64,000 nt of DNA from Isurus oxyrinchus (Eukaryota), in NCBI GenBank assembly GCA_026770705.1, contig JANJGN010000007.1, positions 109,988,001 through 110,052,000 on the forward strand, written 5' to 3'. The translations under genes were made by a program, and so were the position numbers. A model generated the notes under the pieces. It worked only from the letters and a program-made list of their open reading frames with translations, made no database searches and was not told the origin of the DNA. Shown here piece after piece: positions 50,101 through 62,500 of this stretch. Within the stretch, counting starts at the first letter, position 1. Every line of letters begins with the position of its first letter.

Positions 50101-51375
50101 TGAAGAGAACTGATGGAGGTTGATGTGTGACCTGCTCTAAAAACTGAAAGCTCATTCCTCGTCACGTTTTTGTCAAATGAAACGAATTTACTCATAAAAT
50201 GGATCGGTTTTAGCAGAGTCACTTTTATCTCCCGTATATTTAAATTGAATATATGAGAATATCATTGTGCTCATCAGTTTTCTCTGCACTGCGCTTTTAG
50301 CTATTTCACCCATAGACTCAAAAATTCCTGCTCTAAATATTTCCGCCTCTCCATCTCTCCTTTTACACGCTCCCTGAACTCTACCTCCACCTGTCTGAAT
50401 ATCACTTTATGCGGCTTGATTTTTTGTTTGATAACGCTGTTGTCAAGTGCGTTTGGGCGTTTTCCTCCGTTACATACAAGATATTCTTGTTACCTACTGA
50501 AAATTGCAGTAGGTATCCTTTGGTAAGACTCAGTGCTGACGAGCGGAAGATTTTGCCACTCTTTGCAGCCAATGCGCATCTGTCTGGTGTAGCACAGAAA
50601 GGTAAAAAGTGTACGTGCCTTACTCTTAAAAACACCCCTCACTTCCAGAGAAAAGCTTCCTTATAGATTTATTTCCTCCATGGCTTTATGGCTTGATGTT
50701 AATGTCCTTTTGGACACATTATAATCCTTGTATAGCTATTGCCGATAGAAATAAAAGTGGTCGGTTCTCAGAGTAAATGGATACCTTTACCCGAGAGATA
50801 CTTTTGCACCTGACCTATGACTCTGTATATAAATCTCGCTGTGTCCTACAGGTTCTTATTTAAATCATTGTTGATCCTATAGGTACACGTCAAAGTTCCG
50901 CTCATTTTTGGATGTGCTGACGGCATATTGCCAATTTTACTGTTGATAATTATTTCGACGAGAGTCAAATTAAAAGCATCAGCTGGTAAGAACATTTTAT
51001 ATTTCGCCGCTTACTTCTATTTTCGAAGGTCCAGTTATACTGTCAAGACATAAAGCGCAGGTGAATAGTGATTCATTATAGAGGAATAACGAGCGCTTTA
51101 CTGCATCTTTAAAGAATGAACTTGATATCACAAGAGCGTTATATAATTGAGAGTTGAATATGGCAATGTAAACCGGTTTTGAAATGCAAATATTTCATCT
51201 TTCCAATAAAATTATTCATTCGATTTATGCACTTCCAATTTGCTACAACCGGAATCCTTAACGTTCTGCATTTTTAAAAATATCAGTACGGGTCTAGACC
51301 TTGAAGTGTAAACACTTCGAAGTAGAGCTCGACTTTCTGTGACAATGTGAAACGGGTGACATGGAACTGGTAGTC

Positions 51376-52195
51376 ATACAAACAAGGAGCAGGAGTAGGC
51401 CATTCAGCCCCTCGAGCCTGTTCCGCCATTTAATAAAATCATGGCTGATCTGATAGTAGCCTGTAATCTGCATCCCACCTACCGACAATAATGTATAACC
51501 CCGTTGCTAACCAACAATCTTTCCACCTCTGCCTTAAAAATATTCAAAGACTCTGCTTCCACCACCTTTTCAGGAAGAGAGTTCCAAAGACTCAGGACTC
51601 TCTGGGTGAAAAAAAATCGCCTCATCACTGTTCTAAACGGGCAACCACTTATTTTTAAACAGTGCCCCCTAGTTATAGATTCTTCCACAAGAGGAAACAT
51701 CCTCTTCCACATCCCCCCTGTCAAGACCCCTCAGGATCTTATATGTTTCAATCAAGTCACCTCTTACTCTTCTAAATTCCAGCAGATATAAGCCTAGTCT
51801 GTCCAATCTTATCTCATAAAACAACCCGCCCATTCCAGGCATTAGTCTGGTAAACCTTCTCTGAACTGCTTCCAATGTATTTAAATCCTTCCTTAAATAC
51901 GATACCAATACTATTGGCAGTACTCCACATGTGGTCTCATTAATGCCCTGTACAGCTGAAGCATAACCTCCTTACTTTTGCATTCAATTCCCTTCACAAT
52001 AAATGATAACATTCTATTAGTGTTCCTAATTACTTGCTGTACTTGCATACTAGCCTTTTGTGATTCATGCACTAGGACACCCGGATCCCTCTGCACCTCA
52101 GAGCTCTGCAGTCTTTCATCATTTAGATAATGTGCTTCTCTTTTATTCTTCCTGCCAAAATTGACAATTTCACATTTTCCTACATTAAACTCATC
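51376..52195 (-). mobile_element. CR1 3' fragment specific to copy B
   Basis: LYRALMRPHVEYC and RRFTRLMPG on -; absent at the aligned site near 6538. Confidence 0.87.
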
Positions 52196-52654
52196 TGTTT
52201 TACATCTCTGCCAGATTTTATTTCCATTGAACTTTTGCAATGTAAAATGGCTTGCTGACTGTCTATCACAGGGTTTTGCACAATCCCACAAAAAGCAGTG
52301 TGCTCCATTGGGTGTAGCATTACCAGAGTATTTCAATTTTCAAGGCTCCTTCCTTTACATGATAAAAGTGTTTAGCTTGGAAAGCATGTTGTTGATTTTG
52401 CTTGCACACTCATCAAGTTATTGAAGTTGGATTTCTTCTCTTTCCTTTAGACGTTAAGAGAAATTCTGTGGAAGCTGGCCAGAATGAAGAGGCAGTAGAG
52501 TGACAATGTTCTTTATATTTCAAAAAGGGGGATTAGGGAGGAATAGCAAGAAATATTGATATTTTGATTAATTTACTTAATTAAATTTCATAGAATCATG
52601 GAAATGAAGTTATTGTGCCTGTGCCACTTCTGTGAAACAATTATCCAATTAAAG

Positions 52655-52950
52655 TCATAGAGTCATAGAGGTCTACAGCGCAGATAAAGGCCCTTCGGCC
52701 CATCGAGTCCACACCAGTCAAACAAGTACCTAACTATTCTAATCCCATTTTCCATCACTAGGCTATAGCCTTGTATGTCATAGCATTGCAAGTGCACATC
52801 CAAATACTTCTTAAATGTTTTGAGGGTTTCTGTCTCTACCACCCTTTCAGGCAGTGAGTTCCAGATTCCCACCACTCTCTGGATGAAAAACTTCTTCCCC
52901 ACATTCCTTCTAAGCCGCCTGCCCCTTACCTTAAATCTATGCCCCTGGTT
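52655..52950 (-). mobile_element. CR1 3' tail fragment
   Basis: (CATAGAGT)n end; FFIQRVVGIWNSLP on -. Confidence 0.8.
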
Positions 52951-53832
52951 ATTGAATCTGCTTCCTCCAGCCTTTCTGGAAATGCTTTCCAGACCACAAT
53001 AGCTGGCTGCATAAAAAAACCTCCCTTCCCTTGATGATCCTAAGTTGTTGCCCCTTGGATACAATCCAACCACCATTGATAGCACATTGTCCTTACTTAA
53101 GCTTGTCAAAATCTCTCAATTTTGAGCACCTATTATATCTACTTTATCTTCCCCTGCTCTCGGGTGAACAATCATAGATTCTCTAGTCTCCCCAACATAA
53201 CCAAAGTCCTTCATCTCTGGTATCAATCTAGTAAATCTCCTCTGCAAATGTTCCCAAGTCTTTTATCCTTCAAAAGTGTAATGCCCAGAATAGGACACAA
53301 TATACCAAAGGGGCCTAACTAGTGATTTAAGATGTTTTAGCATAAATTCCTTCTTTTTTGCACTATGCCATTATTTATAAGGCCAAGTTAAATATTTGTG
53401 TTTATTGTAACACATATTTCTGATGGATACCCTTTCAAAATTCAAATTATTCCAAAATAGGAGGTTCCTAGATGTTCAGTTGCTTAACTGACACATGTTG
53501 CAGCATAACCAGATAGAGTAGGAAGCTGCCCAGTGCCAAGAGTTAAAAGGAAAGAACAATAGTGCAGGGTAAAGATATGGGTGATGATAACCATAGTGTG
53601 ACAGCATGGGACAGAGCATACAAACATAAGAGTTCAGCAACAAATAGGGTCAGAGAAGGGAAAATAGTAAAAAGACAATTAATGGCTGCACCTGGATGCA
53701 GACAGCACTCTTTATAAGATAAATTAATTGATGGTACAAATATATAGGTGGGAAAGCAAGTTCTGAGCAGAGTTGCAAAGGAATATAGATTGGTTGAATG
53801 GGCAAAAATCTGGCAGATGGAGTATAATGTGA

Positions 53833-55028
53833 AACAAAAACAGAATTACCTGGAAAAACTCAGCAGGTCTGGCAGCATCGGCGGAGAAGAAAAGAGTTGA
53901 TGTTTCGAGTCCTCATGACCTTCGACAGAACTTGAGTTCGAGTCCAAGAAAGAGTTGAAATATAAGCTGGTTTAAGGTGTGTGGGGGGTGCGGAGAGAGA
54001 GAGAGAGAGAGAAGTGGAGGGGGTTGGTGTGGTTGTAGGGACAAACAAGCAGTGATAGAAGCAGATCATCAAAAGATGTCACCAACAATAGAACAAAAGA
54101 ACATATAGGTGTTAAAGTTGGTGATATTATCTAAACGAATGTGCTAATTAAGAATGGATGGTAGGGCACTCAAGGTATAGCTCTAGTGGCGGTGGGGGAG
54201 AGCATAAAAAATTGAAAAATATTTAAAAAATAATGGAAATAGGTGGGAAAAGGAAAATCTATATAATTTATTGGAAAAAAAACAAAAGGAAGGGGGAAAC
54301 AGAAAGGGGGTGGGGATGGGGGAGGGAGATCAAGACCTAAAGTTGTTGAATCAGTATTCAGTCCGGAAGGCTGTCAAGTGCCTAGTCGGAAGATGAGGTT
54401 TTGTTCCTCCAGTTTGCGTTGGGCTTCACTGGAACAATGCAGCAAGCCAAGGACAGACATGTGGGCAAGAGAGTAGGGTGGAGTGTTAAAATGGCAAGCG
54501 ACAAGGAGGTTTGGGTCATTCTTGCGGACAGACCGCAGGTGTTCTGCAAAGCGGTCGCCCAGTTTACATTTGGTCTCTCCAATGTAGAGGAGACCACATT
54601 AGGAGCAACGAATGCAGTAGACTAAGTTGGGGGAAATGCAAGTGAAATGCTGCTTCACTTGAAAGGAGTGTTTGGGCCCTAGGACGGTGAGGAGAGGGGA
54701 AGTGAAGGAGCAGGTATTGCATCTTTTGTGTGGGCATGGGGAGGTGCCATAGGAGGCGGTTGAGGAGTAGGGGGTGATGGAGGAGTGGACCAGGGTGTCC
54801 CGGAGGGAGCGGTCCCTACGGAACGCTGATAGGGGGCATGAAGGGAAGATGTGTTTGGTGGTGGCATCATGCTGGAGTTGGCGGAAATGGCGGAGGATGA
54901 TCCTTTGAATGCAGAGGCTGGTGGGGTGATAAGTGAGGACAAGGGGGACTCTATCATGTTTCTGGGAGGGAGGAGAAGGCATGAGGGCGGATGCACGGGA
55001 GATGGGCCGGACACGGTTGAGGGCCCGG
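53833..55028 (-). mobile_element. Penelope-like element with pLTR/hammerhead motif (53895-53932)
   Basis: GIY-YIG ORF pieces on -; CTGTCGA..GAAAC core. Confidence 0.88.
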
Positions 55029-56001
55029 TTAGCCTCTTTAGTAGGAAGAATAATAAGTAGAATATTATTTAAATTGAGTGAGACTACAGAATATTGTGTT
55101 AGAGAGGAATTTCTTCCTTCCTTTTGGAGGGTGGGTAGACAGGAAAGTGGCTGAGGCCACAATCAGATCAACCATGATCTTATCGAATGGTAGAGCAGGC
55201 TCAAAAGGCCAACTCCTGAATCTTGTTGTTAATCTTCGGAACTTTGTACTCAGAAACAGTGGAGACTGGGTCATTGAATAGATTTGATCCTGAGTTAGAC
55301 AAATTTTTCCATCTCCGAAGGTGTCAAGGGTTATGTGGGGGAGGCAGGCTGATGGGAAAGTGGAGCTAAGGCCACTATCAGATCAGCCATGAACTTACTG
55401 AATGGCAGAGCATGCTCAATGGGTCAAATGGCCTACTTCTACTCCTATTCCTTATGTTATGTGCTTTTACCCCCACCTCTAATGTCTTAGCTGATCCAGG
55501 TTGGCTGCAGGTACCTTAATTGTCCTGCATCCCTCAGTTAGGCAATAGGATTGGAGATTCCTACCTAGGGCTACAAGTGTCTGGAAGTAGAAAGAGGCCA
55601 AATTCAGGCTTCACTGGGTCTTCCAATAGGCTGGGCTGGCGGAAGAGTAAGAAGATGGTCGACACACGCCACAGCAAGCGCAAACACTTTTGAGTAGAGA
55701 GCCAGAGATAATTGAGGAAGAAGGGAGGGAAATTAGCAATATGTATTATTCATAGGGTAGATATTAGCCGTGCTCCAAATCATCTTGATTTTAAATGTAA
55801 ATAATTTGAGCACCTGAAATTTCATATTTAGAACATTACCAACCAGCGATAAAATGATTGAGAGTAGACAGAATGTAATTGTGTCCTAATGTTATCAATT
55901 ACAGTCTGCATATTTACATTATCAGACTCAGTTCAAATTGATGAACGGTGGCTGTAGTATTCGGTTCTCCGCTATCAGTATTCAATACATTATTTTCGCA
56001 G

Positions 56002-56115
56002 GTTGGACAAGGACGACGTCACGATATTGTTGCCTACGCTAGTCTAAACTTGAGACACGACAATGGACCCTCCAAACATAGACAGGAGAAAGAGCACACC
56101 GTCTATTCCCAGGTA
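56002..56115 (+). pseudogene. Copy B cytoplasmic exon with ITIM VAYASL and ITSM-like TVYSQ(V)
   Basis: TTTTCGCAG acceptor; Tyr codons at 56035 and 56104 (23 codons apart). The phase does not match the flanking exons, so the boundaries or an indel are uncertain. Confidence 0.7.
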
Positions 56116-56989
56116 GGAAGGCGGGATTGGGACGAATAATATCCAAACTATTCCCGTACAAGATCATAACTCTGTGAAAACAGTCAATATTGATAAACTG
56201 TACAGAATCTACGGGGATAGTTTTGACTTTGTGGGATAAAATAAAATAGCAATCAGAAGATTGTAAAAAGAGCTGCGAACTCCTTATCATCCGCGTTTTC
56301 TTTGCCCTAAACTACAAAATACCAAATAGGAAACTCGCCTCTCAAGAGCACTAAGTGCGTGTTTTACAGAACAGCCCTACCGAAGCCAGGAACAGGACAA
56401 ATGGGAAACCTATACAGGCAGAGAAGAGTGTGGTATTTTTTCAGGAACAGCACAATCATTCATTGAAACCCCATCAGTGTTAAGTGGCACATCAACGAAC
56501 TGCAGGAAACGAGAAGGACCCAGGTTTAAACCAGCTGGTTGTGTCGGTTGACTTCAGCCAATATTTGCCTCGTGTCCCAGAGATCGGCGGGGGTGGGGAA
56601 AAGGTGGCTGAAAATTATGACCTTAACCTTAAGACAGTGCTTTGCAATATTAGCATTCCAAATACTCTTAACAGATAGTATTAAATTATTTTACCTGCTA
56701 TTTTAATTGAAGTATTAACCCTTAAGTGGGTTACAATAGCATGGGAACTCATTTTATACGAAGATTTCAACCGGAATATAAATATATATGCTAGCAGGCG
56801 GCAGGTGTAATTTTAAAAAGTGTGAGGGATGCATTTTGGCAGAAGGGATAGGGAGAAGCAACAAAGACTCAACGGTAGTTCTAAAGGCAGGACATAATAG
56901 TTTCAGGGAAATAGTTTTAAACCTTTATAAAGCTCTGGTTAGGCCAGAGAGTATTGCACTTAGTTCTGGTCACCACACATTAAGATGGG

Positions 56990-58878
56990 TACTGGCAAAT
57001 GAGGTTAAGGGATAAGTCCATAGAGAGTGCAGAGACAGATTTTTAAAGGGCTATTTCAGAATAGATACAATCCAATGAGAAAGAAAACGTCCAAATGGAG
57101 AACCCACTATCTGTACTTAACTATAAAAGTTAAAGATAGTATCAAGCAAAGAAAAAGCATATAATTGCTCAAAGGTGAGTGGCGGGTCAGAAGACTGTCA
57201 ATCTTAGTTCCTTGTATTCTTTCCAAAAACATTAATGAGGGAACAATTAAAGTTTGAGATATAGCTAGCTGGAAACAAAGATGGATAGTAAGAGTTTTAG
57301 ATATTTAAAAAAGTTAACAAAATGAGCGTTGAGCCTAGAGAGAGTCTGGGGAGTTAATAATGGAAAGCAAGGAGATGGAAGATGAATTGAACGAGTATTT
57401 TGCATCAGTTTTCACTATAGGGGATACAAGTAACATCCCAGAAATAGCTGTAAATGAGGAAATGGAAGGGAAGGGAGGAAATTCAGAAAATTACAATCAC
57501 CAGAATAGTATTCAGCAAATTGTTGGAGCTGCAGGCTAATAAATCACTGGGTCCTGATGGGCTTCATCCTAGGGTCTTGAAAGAAGTAGCTAGTGAAATA
57601 ATTGATGCATTGGTTTTAATTGTCAAAAATTCCCCAGTTCCAGGAAAGTTCCATTAGCAAATGTAACTCCTTTATTCAAAAAGGGAGGCAGAAAGAAAGC
57701 AGTTCAGTTAGCTTAGCTGCATTAGGGAAAATGTTAGAAGCTATTATTAAAGACGTTATAGCAGGGCACTTAGAAAAGCAATTAGGCAGAGTCAGCATAG
57801 TATTGTGACAGGGAAATCATGTTTAACCAATTTATTGGAGCTCTTTGAAGAAGTAACATGCTGCGGATAAAGGGGAACTGGTGGATGTATTTCCATAAGG
57901 TATTTGATAAAGTTCCACATCAAAGGTTATTGCAGAAAATAAAAACTCATGGTATCGGGGCAATATATTGGCATAGAAGAGTGTTTCCTGTTAGCTAGCC
58001 AGAAGGATCAGTGCTGGAGCCTCAACCTTTCACGGCTTGGATGAAGGGACAGATGGTCTGGTTGCCGAATTTGCTGACGTCACAAAGATGGGTAGGAAAG
58101 GAAGTTGTGAGGAGGATGCAAGGAGGCTACAAAGTGACATAAGTTAAGTGAGTGGGCAAAGGTCTGGCAAATGTGAAATCATCCATTTTGGCAGGAAGAA
58201 TAAAGAAATAAACATTATCTAAATGTTGAGATTGTAGAGCTCAGATTCAGAGGGATCTGGGTATCCTAGTGCATGAATCACAAAAGGCTAGTATGCAAGT
58301 ACAGCAAGTAATTAGGAAAGCTATTAGAACATTCTCATTTATTGTGAGGGGAATTGAATACAAAAGTAGGGATGTTATGCTTCAGTTGTACAGGGCACTG
58401 GCAAGACCAAAGCTGGAGTACTGTGTACAGTATTGGTCTCCTTATTTAAAGAAAGATGTAAATGTGTTACCAGCAGTTCAGAGGAGGTTTACTATGTTAA
58501 TACCAGGAATGGGCAAAGTTGGATAGCTTAGGTTTGTATCCACTGGAATTTAGAAGAGTAAGAGGTGACTTGAAACCTGAGTGGTTAAGAGGGGAAGTTT
58601 CCTCTTGTGGGAGAATCTAGAACTAGGGGTCATGGTTTAGAAATAAAAGTAGCTCATTTAAGACAGATGAGAATTTTTCTGAGGGTTGTGAGTCTTTGGA
58701 ACTCTTCTTCAAAAGGCAGGGAAAGCAGGGTCTTGGGATATTTCTAAGGCAGAGCTACATAGATCCTTGATTAACAAGGGGGTGAAAGGAAGGAGGTTAC
58801 AATCAGGTCAGCCATGATCTTATTGAATGGCAGAGCAAGCTTGAAAAGCCTGAAGAGTAGTCTACTCCTACTCCTAGC
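56990..58878 (+). mobile_element. Degenerate CR1 ORF2 fragment specific to copy B
   Basis: GPDGLHPRVLKEVA, LYRALARPKLEYCVQYWSP. Confidence 0.85.
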
Positions 58879-59409
58879 TCAGAGGGTGTAGAGGAAATGT
58901 ACCAGAACGGTTGCAAGCATGGGGAATTTTAGGTACAAGATGATGAACTTGGATAAACTGGGGTTATCCTTGGAGCAAATGAGACTCAGGAAATGTGACA
59001 GATGTACAAGATGACAACAGATTTAGAAAAGGTAGACAAAGAAAAACTGTTTCCATTAGCTGATGGTACAAGGGCAAGGTTTTGGGCAAGGGATGCATGG
59101 GATGGGAGGAAAATCTTTTCAGTGTGTGGTAATGACCATCAGTGATTTGAAAAAGGAAATTAGATGGGTACTTCCAAGTTAATTTCCTTCCAGGGTTACA
59201 GTGATAGAGTAGAGCAATGGAACTGATGGATTCGTTCCAGAGAGCGCCTTCAGCCTCAATGGGCCTTACACCCTCCTAAGCTGCTAAATGATTCTAAAGT
59301 GAAGTTGACAATTGAGAGAAAATTCCATTACAACCTTTTTATAAACCCAGATTGCCACAAGCAGAGTTGACAATGGACTAACAGGTGATATTAAATTTTA
59401 CTTTCACAG

Positions 59410-59548
59410 AAAAGGAAGAGGCAGAGACAACAAGCTGACCTACGCCACTCTAAAGCTCATGGATTCAAAGAAAACATCAAAATCAAAACAGCAAGTCCAA
59501 CATGCAGTGTACGCAGAAGTAACCGTGATAAAGAAAGTGAGAAGATGA
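59410..59548 (+). pseudogene. Copy B terminal exon, open frame with LTYATL and AVYAEV
   Basis: TTTCACAG acceptor, phase 2 matching the 52499 donor; KGRGRDNKLTYATLKLMDSKKTSKSKQQVQHAVYAEVTVIKKVRR*. Confidence 0.82.
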
Positions 59549-62500
59549 AAACCTGAAAACTATCCAAAGATGTGAGCTATGAGTGTAAGCCTAGGGTACT
59601 CAATTCATAAGTACAAGTCCAAACCACAGCACTGATCTCCATCACAGGTCCCAAATCCATCCCCAGGAATGGGGATCAAACCCTATGCTGTTGGCACCAA
59701 TCTGATTCACACCAGCCAACTTACCCACTGCACCACAAGACCTCCTGGTATTTGATTATACATCATACTGTTACATTTATTGTAGCCAAACTAAGGAATA
59801 ATGGTGCAAAACAGCAGAAGCATCTTGTGTGCATGTTGAGTGGGGCAGGTGAAGTGTTAATTTTCATCTTCAATGTTGAGGCGGTACATTGGTAGAATTA
59901 GTTGCTGGCCTAATATAGAACAAGTTCAATATTGGTCACTTTTCATGCCAAGAATGGTTTGCAAAACAAATTTCTCTTGGGTTGCAAATTTAAAATTTGC
60001 TCCGGTCCGTATGTTCTGGATTTCAAACGTACATGATGTTTTTGAAATTATATCAACCAAGTAATCCACATTTTGCAATGTCAGCTTATGATGGTTCTTA
60101 AAATTTCACTTCCATGGTTTGAGATCACAAGATTCCAAGACTCCATTCTCTTGAGGTCTATGAACGTGCTAATCGACTCAACTTTAATAAAATGAATATT
60201 TATTAATAACATCTGCCTTTTTAAAATTCATGTTCTGTTTGTTACTGTTTAAGGCAAGAGCAAGCATTTCATGTAAATACTGGACATGTGGCCTTTTGGT
60301 CACTGGATTTCAGTCTCTCTCTCTCTGTATCCATAACTCCACGAAATTCACCTAAATGTTTCTTAAAATAGGATCCAAGAGTAACTTAAAGGTAGCCCAG
60401 TTTCAATAAAGAGAGAGAGAGACACACACAAACAGAAAAGTTTACCACCACAAAGACAAATAAACTCTACACTTTAGGAGAAAATATCACTGAAATACAC
60501 GGGCTGATCAGAATGCAGTAACTATTGAAACATAGAAGCAATTTATTTTGTGCTGCTCCCAGAGAAGCACAGTTCAGCTGGGAGGATGGATGCTGGTTGT
60601 GAGGCTGGATTGTGTAGATTTCACTGCACTGTTACAAAATGTTCCAGCTGGCTAAACCCAACAGCTTCACCATTCTAGATCAATCATTTCTGGTTAGTAC
60701 ACCGATATGTCTAGAAAGGGACTTTGGGGAATGTAAATTAGTCAGAGGATCACAAGGTACAAGACCGAAGAGTGAAAGGGGTTTAGATATGGGTTCAACA
60801 GATTTGTACTTCTGAAGAACAGTCTCAAAAAAACTGACCAACATTTACATTAAACTTGTCAGCTGGTACTGTATTAGTAATAATAGTCAAAGTCTGTGTG
60901 ATGTAGCTCAAGAACTTTGGTACTAATACATGAATGGTTTTCCCCCCCACCAATTGCCAAATTCCACAGGCTACTCTGCTAAAACTGGAGTAGAGCTTTT
61001 TCTTTTTTTTTGAGGGGTGGGGATGGGGGCAGGGAAGGGAGAGAAGAGGGAGAAAAATCACAAAGGAAAAAAAAGTGTAAGGAGCTGTTTATCATTTTTC
61101 TTGGATTGCCAAAGTTACAGCAAAAGACCAATGATAATCTCACTGGTACTTGATGAAACTATTTAAACCAAGTGCTTTACACTATTTAAACAGTACAAGC
61201 TCCCACTAGTGACAGACCTATTCACACCTTGCTACTTCACTATCCTTATACAGCTTTATCCACCAACCAACTTTAAGGCAACACATTACTGTATAATTGC
61301 ATGCAGCATTTTCAGTGCAGTTTGACCCAGTTAGGAATTATAAATGTCAATAGCAATCCTAGTGACAGTACTTCTAAATAGTATCTAGCATCTGCCAGAG
61401 GTAATGTTCTAGCATTCCATTCTGCCATTATGATGTGCAACACTACAATGATGCACAGCAACATAATAGGCCAGACCTCTAACATTTAGACAGTGGAGCA
61501 AGATACTTCACTCCACATTTTGGGATGTGGATGGTACAGACAAGGCCACATTTGTCACCAAATAGGTCACAGTGGCCTCATCCTTGAACTACTGCAGCCC
61601 ATAATAATTCTAAAATTTCCCATGTTCTAACTCATCACACATCTCTTGCTAAGGAATTGAACTGGTTTCCTGCATAAAATAGATATCTAATGAACCGGGG
61701 ACCCACCACCAACTGGAGACAAAAACTCTAGGCCTGCACATGGTGCATTACCATCAGGATTACAATTTTTACAGCCCAAGTTAATCCTATTAACTTTAGT
61801 CCAGTTCAAATTGAAGTTCTCTCTTTTGTAAATTTAAAAATTTCATCCTTGATTTTTTTTTTTGAAAACACTTTGACACAAGTTCATGAAAGTCTGCAGT
61901 CTTATGACTGCCTGCAATCTTACATGTACTGCAGTACCCAATTCTGAACATTACAATTTTCTGAAAATGAAAATACTTCATACAATTCAAATTATACTCA
62001 GCAGACACTACAGCAATTTGCACAGGCCCATAAGCAGCAGTCTGAATGTTTACACACCTTAGTCATATGGAATGAAATTAATGTTTAAACCGGCAAGAGT
62101 TAAAATCCCAACCAATGTAAAGCCATTAATCGCAGATCTGATCATAAACAAGATCAAATCTGTAGGACACTGGAGTTGGACTAGAAAATTAATGCTCCAA
62201 AGATGATGAGTAAACACTTCAACCACAGAAACTAAAGCAGCAGAATCCATTCAGTGAATTACCAATCCTACTGGGTTTTGAGTGCTACTTCCAATTACAA
62301 AGTTTAAGTTAAAATGAAGGGGTGGAATATAAAAAAACCGCATGAATTTTAGCCAATTAAAACCCTCAAAAAAAAGATATTTTTATCCATTTAATAAAGT
62401 AGAAAATGCAAACAATTACACGAGCAGAAAGAAACATTTCTTTATATAAAAAAAAACGGCCAGTTAAGTTCCTTGTCTTCACTTATCGTAGAGTTGAACA

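Larger units (their letters stand above)
45364..59548 (+). pseudogene. IgSF receptor copy B, inhibitory-type (ITIM/ITSM tail), disabled in this sequence
   Basis: Leader 45364-45418; V 46769-47320 with TGA at 46897-46899 and an insertion at 46939-47168; C1 49604-49901 (+1 frameshift); TM 50883-50985 (-2 frameshift); cytoplasmic exons 52451-52499, about 56002-56112 and 59410-59548. Confidence 0.88.
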
